Origin: Blastocatellia bacterium | Lineage (GTDB): Bacteria > Acidobacteriota > Blastocatellia > UBA7656 | Assembly (NCBI GenBank): GCA_963765495.1 | Contig: CAVXWP010000015.1 | Span: forward strand, 64,001 to 128,000 | Reading direction: 5' to 3' | DNA length: 64,000 nucleotides | In this document: in pieces, positions 50,422 through 57,284 of the stretch | Layout of the letters: every line of letters starts with the position of its first letter | How positions within the stretch are numbered: the first letter of the stretch is position 1 | Notes under the pieces: model-generated | The model's input: the letters and a program-made list of their open reading frames with translations, nothing else | Databases searched by the model: none | Told to the model about the DNA's origin: nothing | Made by a program: the position numbers and the translations under genes

Positions 50422-50787
50422 CTAGATCAGCAGAGCGCCGGTCTCAAGATAGAGAGAGGAAGAGATTATTCGAGTTGGAGTTGACAGATGAGAAAGCCTG
50501 ATGCGCTCGACTGACAAAAATGCTGCCGGATTTGAAGGCGAATAAGCCGCGCTGTTTCTGTGCCGTTCATCGGCAAGAAAATTTGCAGGTGATGGTGCAT
50601 TTGTGCCTGTGGGTTGTTTGCAATCCATCACGCAGCAAAGCCTCGCCTGACTCGATTGCTGCTCGTGTCGAAGCGCGCTTCGACAACAACGAGCCATGCA
50701 TTCTTCGCCCGTGCCGCCCGGAGATACGGCAGCAAAAGCGTTGCCCATAAAGGCGATTATGAATGTCAGTACGAGGAGCTTTCTCAT
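50422..50787 (-). CDS. Small Cys-rich exported protein heading the Cu efflux operon
   Basis: Signal peptide, CMARCC and CCVMDC, C-terminal LYLETGALLI. Confidence 0.7.
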   Translation of the reverse strand: MRKLLVLTFIIAFMGNAFAAVSPGGTGEECMARCCRSALRHEQQSSQARLCCVMDCKQPTGTNAPSPANFLADERHRNSAAYSPSNPAAFLSVERIRLSHLSTPTRIISSSLYLETGALLI

Positions 50788-50802
50788 AACTTGATGCACG
50801 TA

Positions 50803-50832
50803 AGTCTAGCACCGCGATTTTTATCGAGTCAA
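50803..50832 (-). promoter_or_regulatory. Putative sigma70 promoter of the efflux operon
   Basis: TTGACT-18 nt-TAGACT with extended TG. Confidence 0.5.
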
Positions 50833-50853
50833 TACAATCATCTGAACTCGTAT

Positions 50854-50889
50854 TTTCAAATCTCAGATCTCAGACCTCAAATTCAAGAT
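50854..50889. repeat. Single-arm heptamer array TCTCARA
   Basis: TTTCAAA TCTCAGA TCTCAGA CCTCAAA TTCAAGA. Confidence 0.6.
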
Positions 50890-50984
50890 AAACGTTCTTG
50901 CCGGATGCGGCTATGATGTAAGTCACTTCGGCCTGTGACGCGCGTTGACCGCAGGGTTATCTTTACTGTCTAATCAATCATCTG

Positions 50985-52340
50985 ATGACGAAGCGAATCT
51001 ACACCGCAGAGTGGGTGCTGCCTGTGAGCGCGCCGATGATTTCAGACGGAGCGGTCGCCATTGAAGATGACCGGATAATTTTTGTCGGCGCGAGACGCGC
51101 GGCTGAAAGTCATCCCGAACTCGGTGATGCCGAAACTATTCAACTTGGACGGGCGGCGCTGCTTCCGGGTTTTGTAAACGTTCACACTCATCTGGAACAG
51201 ACGGTGATGCGCGGGTTTCTTGAAGACCTCGGCTTTCGCGACTGGATTTTGAAGCTGACCCGGGCCAGAAATGAGAGGCTTTCAACGGACGATTCGAACG
51301 CGTCGGCTCTGCTTGGCGCGGCCGAAGCTATCCGCGCGGGCGTCACAACGGTTGCAGACACCGGAGATTCATCCTCGCCCTTTGACGCGATTCGAGAAAG
51401 CGGGTTGCGAGGCATCGCTTACCGTGAAGTCTTCGGCCCCGACACGGCGCAGGCCGCTCTCAGCCTCGACGGACTCAAGGCCAAAGTTGATGATATGCGC
51501 GCAAGAGAAACCGGGCTTGCCCGCGTGGGCGTCTCTCCGCACGCGCCTTATACCGTCTCGGGCGATCTGTTTCGCCTTGTGACCGAGTATGCGATTCTGG
51601 AATCGCTCGATATGTGCGTCCACACGGCAGAGTCCGAAATGGAGCAACACATGATGTATTTTGGCGAGGGCGAATTCGCCGATGGATTGCGCGCTCGCGG
51701 CATCGAGTGGAATGCTCCGGGCACGTCTACGATCAAGTATTTCGAAATGCTTGGCGTGCTTGATAACGCGCCGCTGCTCATACATTCGGTCAATGTTACT
51801 GACGAAGATATAGACATCATAGCCCGGTTCGACGCGCGCGTAGCTCACTGCCCCACGTCAAATGCGAAGCTCGGTCATGGCAAGGCAAGGCTTGCGACGA
51901 TGCTTTGGGCGGGTGTCAGAGTCGGGCTTGGAACCGACGGCGTGGCGTCCAACAACCGTTGCGATATGATCGGCGAAGCGCGTTTTTGCGCGCTCGTCCA
52001 TCGCGCCTGGTCGCAAAGTTTTTCCGAGCCTTCGGCTGAAAGAGTGCTGAGACTTGCCACGCTTGACGGGGCGCGGGCGCTCAATCTCGAAGCGGAAATC
52101 GGTTCGCTTGAAGCGGGCAAGCAGGCCGACATAATCGCTATAGACCTTTCTCGCCCACACAACCTGCCCGTGAATGATCCGGTCGCGGCTATAGTCTTTA
52201 GCGCGATGGCCTCTGATGTGACGCTTACGATTGTGGCGGGCCGCCTGCTTTACGATGGCCGCGCGCTAAAGACGCTCGATGAAGATGAACTTCGCATCAG
52301 GGTAGAGGCGGCGCTTGACCGTTTGCACCGGGCTGGATAA
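50985..52340 (+). CDS. Metal-dependent amidohydrolase (MtaD/SsnA-like deaminase family)
   Basis: [41 protein letters not shown]. Confidence 0.9.
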   Translation: MTKRIYTAEWVLPVSAPMISDGAVAIEDDRIIFVGARRAAESHPELGDAETIQLGRAALLPGFVNVHTHLEQTVMRGFLEDLGFRDWILKLTRARNERLSTDDSNASALLGAAEAIRAGVTTVADTGDSSSPFDAIRESGLRGIAYREVFGPDTAQAALSLDGLKAKVDDMRARETGLARVGVSPHAPYTVSGDLFRLVTEYAILESLDMCVHTAESEMEQHMMYFGEGEFADGLRARGIEWNAPGTSTIKYFEMLGVLDNAPLLIHSVNVTDEDIDIIARFDARVAHCPTSNAKLGHGKARLATMLWAGVRVGLGTDGVASNNRCDMIGEARFCALVHRAWSQSFSEPSAERVLRLATLDGARALNLEAEIGSLEAGKQADIIAIDLSRPHNLPVNDPVAAIVFSAMASDVTLTIVAGRLLYDGRALKTLDEDELRIRVEAALDRLHRAG

Positions 52341-52439
52341 AAAATCGCGGCGACTTATTTCTTATCCGAGCAGCCCGAAACGCTCTCGGCATCGGCGGTC
52401 AATCCGATTTTGACAGGTCCGGTTTCGCTGACTTGCCGC

Positions 52440-52970
52440 TCACGGGATCGTTATTCTCCCGGTCCAAACGCCGGGTTTGACCCTGCCGCTTCGCGATGCG
52501 CGTCCAAGCAGTACCCCCTCTCCCGAAACGCCCGCAAACGCGCCCGTGCCGCCCGTGATCGTAAAGGCCCCATCGAGAAGCGAAGTATCCGGCCCCGTCG
52601 CCACATCGGTTCCGCTGTAAGTGCCTAAAATCTCATCGCCGGTTGCAAAGATGATCTTGAACCGTCCGTTTGTGAAATTTGGGTCCGAAGGGTCATCGAT
52701 TATGCAGTGGGTCTGATGGACCGTGACCGGGCGAATCTGGCGTAGAAAACTCGCAAATCCTGTCCCCTCTATCGCCACTACGAGAGAAGGGGGATCGCAT
52801 CGCGCCGGGTCCGGAAAAGGGTCTCCAATAAGATTGCCTTTTTCTATTACGGCGACGAACGGCAGTTCTCTTAAGGGCGTAACTCTATCGCCGCGAACGG
52901 GTGCGATTGGGAGCCCTAGAAGGCTCATGATCGCACAAGAGATCATCAACGCTCGTTTGCTTGAAATCAT
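52440..52970 (-). CDS. Secreted beta-rich protein, dirigent/allene-oxide-cyclase-like
   Basis: Signal peptide, TGDEILGTY, FTITGGTGAFAGVSG; AAGGAGG SD. Confidence 0.65.
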   Translation of the reverse strand: MISSKRALMISCAIMSLLGLPIAPVRGDRVTPLRELPFVAVIEKGNLIGDPFPDPARCDPPSLVVAIEGTGFASFLRQIRPVTVHQTHCIIDDPSDPNFTNGRFKIIFATGDEILGTYSGTDVATGPDTSLLDGAFTITGGTGAFAGVSGEGVLLGRASRSGRVKPGVWTGRITIP

Positions 52971-53049
52971 AATTGCCTCCTTCTCTCTTCTGATTGAGAG
53001 TGTCTATCATCGCGCATCAAACGGCTGTAATCAGGGTCACAGGCTCTCT

Positions 53050-54912
53050 TTATGGACAGGTTGCCAGCGCAAAGGTGTCCTTGCGACCGGTCGTGCTGAT
53101 AACCTTTATTTCATTCGGCACTGGAACCCCGCCCGGACACGGTCTAACGAGGTCCATTGCTTTTTTGGCTACCAGTTTTCCTGAGTTCTTGAATTTGGTC
53201 TTTTGCACCTCCTGATCATTGATAAGAACCATATCGCCCCGTTGAAAATTGAAACCTTTGACGGTGATATTCCTGCCCGTATTGCCTTTCCTCTCCTTGA
53301 CGGTCGTAATGATCGGACCGTCGGTCCATTCGACTGTAGCTGCACAAGAGAAGGCGTTGCCTTCCACCGAGCCGCTTATCTCGATGGTGTCAACGCCAGG
53401 CATATTGTTGCCTCTGTAGCTAAAGTTTACCTGTCCGCTCGAATCTGTAATACCAGTCCTGGTCAGCCCCGTATTTGGGCCGCTTATCACATCGAGATCA
53501 ACGGAGATTCCAGAAGCAGGCTGGCCGCTCGAAAAGACAGTAGCCGCAACCGCGTATTCCCCGCCCAGAGGTTGCCTGGCGTGGAGCGGATCAACAGCGC
53601 AATTAGCATCCAGTCTGAAGATATAAGCCGCGCCTGAATTGCTGCCCCTATCATCATCTCCCATAGAGCCGGCGACGACTCTTTCTCCGCCCAGAGCCAC
53701 CGGGAATCCAAAACCGTCGCCTGCGCTCGCCTCCATAGCGATGAGTTTTGGCAGCTCGATCCATGCGTCCCCATCTCTTACAAACACATGGGCTGCACCC
53801 GAATCGCAATTCGGGTCGCCAGGACACGCATTATCGTCGCCAGAAGCACCGCCGACGATCGTATCTCCGCTTATTGCTATCGGCTCGCCAAACAAATCGC
53901 CCGCTTTGCCATCCACGGCGACGAGTTTTTGCTGCTCGGTCCACGCGCCCCCGTCTCTTACAAACACGTAAGCCGAACCTGACTGATTGCCCGCATCGTC
54001 ATCCCCCGAAGCACCGACGACGATAGTGTCACCGCTGATGGCTACCGAAGCGCCGAACAAATCAGATACGGCCGCATCTGCGGCAGTGAGCTTTTGTTGC
54101 TGGGTCCAGACACCCCCCTGTCTTACAAACACATAGGCCGAGCCCGAATCGCAGTTTATAGTGCTGGGACACGCATCGTCGTTTCTCGAAGCTCCGATAA
54201 CTATTCTATCCCCGCTGATGGCAATCGAATTGCCGAATTCATCACCTGCCGCCGCGTCTGCTGCCGTGAGTTTCTGACGCTGGGTCCAGAGGTTTCCCTG
54301 TCTGGTAAAGACATAGGCCGAGCCCGAGTTGCTGCCCGCATCATCGTCAAACCGGGCTCCGACGACGATAGTGTCACCGCTGATTGCTACCACATTGCCG
54401 AATCTGTCATCCGCATTTGCGTCACTGGCGGTGAGCTTTTGCTGCTGGGTCCACGCGCCCCCGTCTCTTACAAACACATAGACCGCTCCCGAATTGCAAT
54501 CCGGATTGCCGGGGCACGCATCGTCGCCAAAGACGGCCCCGACGACGATAGTGTCACCGCTGATCGCTACTGAAATGCCGAACAAATCAAATACGGCCGC
54601 ATCTGCTGCCGTGAGCTTTTGCTGCTGGGTCCAGATGTCTCCGTCCTTTACAAACACATAGGCCGAGCCCGATCCGTTGCCGGCATCATCATCAAGCTGC
54701 GCGCCTACTACGATAGTGTCACCGCTGATTGCAACGGTGCCGAACTGATCGCCTGCCGCCGCGTCCCCGGCAGTCAGCTTCACTCCCTGCGCCAGAGCCA
54801 TACCGCTCGGCGGCAAAACCATGCTGCCGAACGCGCTTGCAATCGGAATCCACATAGTGGCTATGACCGCACAAGAAATCACCAGTGCTTGTGCGCCTTT
54901 TCTTTGTTTCAT
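53050..54912 (-). CDS. Secreted FG-GAP 7-bladed beta-propeller with Ig-like C-terminal domains
   Basis: Seven repeats of KLTAxD...FG..VAISGDTIVVGA..DD...SGSAYVF; Big_1-like TDSSGQVNFSY. Confidence 0.9.
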   Translation of the reverse strand: MKQRKGAQALVISCAVIATMWIPIASAFGSMVLPPSGMALAQGVKLTAGDAAAGDQFGTVAISGDTIVVGAQLDDDAGNGSGSAYVFVKDGDIWTQQQKLTAADAAVFDLFGISVAISGDTIVVGAVFGDDACPGNPDCNSGAVYVFVRDGGAWTQQQKLTASDANADDRFGNVVAISGDTIVVGARFDDDAGSNSGSAYVFTRQGNLWTQRQKLTAADAAAGDEFGNSIAISGDRIVIGASRNDDACPSTINCDSGSAYVFVRQGGVWTQQQKLTAADAAVSDLFGASVAISGDTIVVGASGDDDAGNQSGSAYVFVRDGGAWTEQQKLVAVDGKAGDLFGEPIAISGDTIVGGASGDDNACPGDPNCDSGAAHVFVRDGDAWIELPKLIAMEASAGDGFGFPVALGGERVVAGSMGDDDRGSNSGAAYIFRLDANCAVDPLHARQPLGGEYAVAATVFSSGQPASGISVDLDVISGPNTGLTRTGITDSSGQVNFSYRGNNMPGVDTIEISGSVEGNAFSCAATVEWTDGPIITTVKERKGNTGRNITVKGFNFQRGDMVLINDQEVQKTKFKNSGKLVAKKAMDLVRPCPGGVPVPNEIKVISTTGRKDTFALATCP

Positions 54913-55049
54913 AAATACCTCACCCCGCCGCCTTCACTGACCGGCGAGAGCCTCGCGTCGAAGTCCCTGAGCCCCGGCGTCAGGTCTATGGGCTGCTGGT
55001 TGCTTGCGGGCGAAAATTCAAGCCTTAGGCCCGTCCTGCTGAACGGCAA
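54909..55049 (-). pseudogene. Fragment B: 46-codon mini-ORF paralogous to part of the 55626-56303 gene
   Basis: 54921-55030 matches 55788-55897 (IDLTPGLRDFDARLSPVSEGGGV identical); stop overlaps the FG-GAP ATG. Confidence 0.8.
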
Positions 55050-55083
55050 GCCTGTCTATTCGCTCTTGTGTTTTTTCTTACGC

Positions 55084-55491
55084 TTATCTCTTCTTAAAGG
55101 CCTTGATGTCCGCCTCCAGCTCCTGAAGCGCGGAGGAAAACCTCCCCTGTAGCCTCTTCGCGGCACTCAGGCGATTTTGGGGATCAAGAAGCTCTTTCAC
55201 CAGGTTCGGCTGTGGACTCGAGTCTCCGGCTACTGCGCCTATTAAGCCCGCGAGGAGTTGCTCGTGGACCCAAAGTCGCTCAACAAGCTCGTTAATCATA
55301 AAGCCACCAATGATGGGACTGGGGTCCGGCTGGGGTAGCGGAGGCAATATGACCGTCGGTGGCGGCAAGAGACCGAATCTCCATAGATAGTGACGATCCC
55401 AAAAAAGATCGGTAAATTCTCTACATGCGGCATCGTCTCCTTCTCTACAGCGCCGGAAGAGACCGGCTTCAAAGGCAGGAATGTTAATCAT
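55084..55491 (-). CDS. Hypothetical Pro-rich/coiled-coil protein
   Basis: 135 aa, AAGGAGG SD, PQPDPSP and SPQP motifs, C-terminal heptads. Confidence 0.75.
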   Translation of the reverse strand: MINIPAFEAGLFRRCREGDDAACREFTDLFWDRHYLWRFGLLPPPTVILPPLPQPDPSPIIGGFMINELVERLWVHEQLLAGLIGAVAGDSSPQPNLVKELLDPQNRLSAAKRLQGRFSSALQELEADIKAFKKR

Positions 55492-55613
55492 GTGGACCTC
55501 CTTATCTCGTTAATGATAAACCTACCATATCGTTGAACCAGCAGGCCGTCGGTCAGCGAGTTAATCGAAGGGTTTGGACCGAGCGTGATGTTGGCCTTGC
55601 AAGGTTTGCGCAC
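55488..55613 (-). pseudogene. Fragment A: 41-codon mini-ORF paralogous to part of the 55626-56303 gene
   Basis: 55541-55599 matches 56057-56115 at 50/59 nt; GAGG then GTG start; stop overlaps the next ATG. Confidence 0.75.
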
Positions 55614-55625
55614 AGGATCGCCCTC

Positions 55626-56303
55626 TTATTGCGAACTGCCTGCGACCTCAAGCTTTCGTGGCATGGTCTCGCCCGTGTCATTGCCTATTTGCACTATCGT
55701 TTGCTCCGCCCCTCCTAGGATCGTCAGAAAGCAGGGTTGCGGCGCTTGGCGAATATCGAGGAAGCTCAATTCGATCCTCAGATTCCACACCCCGCCGCCT
55801 TCACTGACGGGCGAGAGCCTGGCGTCGAAATCCCTGAGCCCCGGCGTCAGGTCTATCGGCGGGAGATTGCTGTTTGGCGGAAACTCTAGCCTTATGCTCA
55901 CCCCGCACCCTTGAGGGTCTCTCACACGGAACCCGTTGCCTCTCTGGCTGAAACAACCTGCGGGGATGAAGATGATGTCGCTCGGGGTAACAACTCCGGC
56001 CTGTTCGGGGTTTGAGACGATGTCCTCAGGGGCCATAATCCCGGCATGTTCAACCCGCAGGTCGTCAGTCACCGGGTTAATCGAGGCGTTTGGACCGAGC
56101 GAGATGTTTGCCCTGAAGTCGAGGTTGACACGGTTTAGCTGGAACTGCGGAGCGAAAGCTTCGGTCGCTTCGAGTTTGGTATCCAGGCTCTGAAATGGTG
56201 TTGTGGGTGGTGGAATGGGGTCCTGCGCGGCTGCCTTCGGCGCTGCCGAAAAGAGGGACAGGATCGCCACGGCGATTATTGAAAACGATGCTGATTTCTT
56301 CAT
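55626..56303 (-). CDS. Hypothetical secreted protein (225 aa)
   Basis: GGAGG SD, Sec signal MKKSASFSIIAVAILSLFSAAPKAAA. Confidence 0.8.
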   Translation of the reverse strand: MKKSASFSIIAVAILSLFSAAPKAAAQDPIPPPTTPFQSLDTKLEATEAFAPQFQLNRVNLDFRANISLGPNASINPVTDDLRVEHAGIMAPEDIVSNPEQAGVVTPSDIIFIPAGCFSQRGNGFRVRDPQGCGVSIRLEFPPNSNLPPIDLTPGLRDFDARLSPVSEGGGVWNLRIELSFLDIRQAPQPCFLTILGGAEQTIVQIGNDTGETMPRKLEVAGSSQ

Positions 56304-56439
56304 AAATTCCTCCCGAAGAGTGTTGGAAATGTGGGTCAAGAGTCGCGTCGGCAATCTATATATGGAGCAACCGACCTGAACGACCGGCTGCCGAGGTGTA
56401 CACGCAGGGCAAGTGTAAGAGGAAATCAAATCTCAAACA

Positions 56440-56457
56440 ATCGCATAATGATGTGAT
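56440..56457. promoter_or_regulatory. Candidate response-regulator box 1
   Basis: ATCGCAT-AATG-ATGTGAT, 22 nt from a minus-strand -10 TACACT (56412-56417). Confidence 0.65.
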
Positions 56458-56495
56458 ATTGAGATCACAGGAGACAGGCTAAAGTTTCAGCCCCT

Positions 56496-57176
56496 TCAGA
56501 CTAGCTTTTCGCGGATGGCTCGCACGACGGCTTCCGATACGCTGTGGACCTGAAGCTTGTTGTATATCGAGCGGATGTGTGTTCTTACGGTGTCAATGCT
56601 GATGTCGAGATGATCGGCCACCTGTTTGTAGGCCATCCCACGCACAAGGCATTGCAGCACGTCGTGCTCTCTTTCGGTGAGGTCGAGCAGCACGGCAGAA
56701 GCGGGCTTGCTCGATTCGCGCGAGACTGTTCGCTTTGCCCGCAGCAAGTCCAGCACCGTGCGCGCCACTCCGGCCGTCAGCGGCGCGCCGCCTGAATTTA
56801 TCATTCTGAGTTGCGACAGTATTTCGTCCGCCGGGGTCTTTTTGAGGAGGTAGCCGTCGGCCCCCGCGCTTATCGCTTCAAGTATCGTGGCGGGCTTTTC
56901 AAAGACTGTCAGGATTACTACCGCAAGATCGGGCAGAAGCTCTTTCAAACGGCGGGTCGCTTCGATCCCGCTTATGCCCGGCAGCTTGAGGTCCATCAAG
57001 ACGAGTCTCCACTGAGGCGCGCGGTTTGATTCCAGCGAGGTCTCTACCTCTTCGAGCGCGTCGCGGGCGGACTCGAAACTTGCAGCAAGAGAAAAACCTC
57101 TGGCGTGCTTGAAGAGAGTTTCGAGACTGCTGCGGTAACGAGGATCATCCTCGATGATGGTGATCTTTATTTCCAC
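56496..57176 (-). CDS. NarL/FixJ-family response regulator
   Basis: EDD, LMDLKLPG, GADGYLLK, LTEREHDVL, TVRTHIRSIYNKLQV. Confidence 0.96.
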   Translation of the reverse strand: MEIKITIIEDDPRYRSSLETLFKHARGFSLAASFESARDALEEVETSLESNRAPQWRLVLMDLKLPGISGIEATRRLKELLPDLAVVILTVFEKPATILEAISAGADGYLLKKTPADEILSQLRMINSGGAPLTAGVARTVLDLLRAKRTVSRESSKPASAVLLDLTEREHDVLQCLVRGMAYKQVADHLDISIDTVRTHIRSIYNKLQVHSVSEAVVRAIREKLV

Positions 57177-57227
57177 GGCGATTTCCTGCCCGGGGTTACA
57201 GGATAAGCTCAGGAGGCAGATTTTTCC

Positions 57228-57245
57228 ATCGCATAATCGTGCGAT
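57228..57245. promoter_or_regulatory. Candidate response-regulator box 2
   Basis: ATCGCAT-AATC-GTGCGAT, 22 nt from a minus-strand -10 TATCCT (57200-57205). Confidence 0.65.
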
Positions 57246-57284
57246 GCAAGGTTGCGCGCACGGCTGTTGCGGGCTGAAACGGGT

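Noticed and set aside
55400-55491. ECF sigma factor call for the 135-aa ORF (LFRRCREGDDAA)
   Set aside because: Resemblance limited to the first helix; no region 2 or region 4 motifs
54921-56115. Diversity-generating retroelement (template/variable repeat pair)
   Set aside because: Mismatches between the repeats are not adenine-specific and are largely synonymous; no reverse transcriptase in the window
56453-56470. CRP box
   Set aside because: TGTGA and TCACA are 8 nt apart rather than 6; better explained as part of the regulator box
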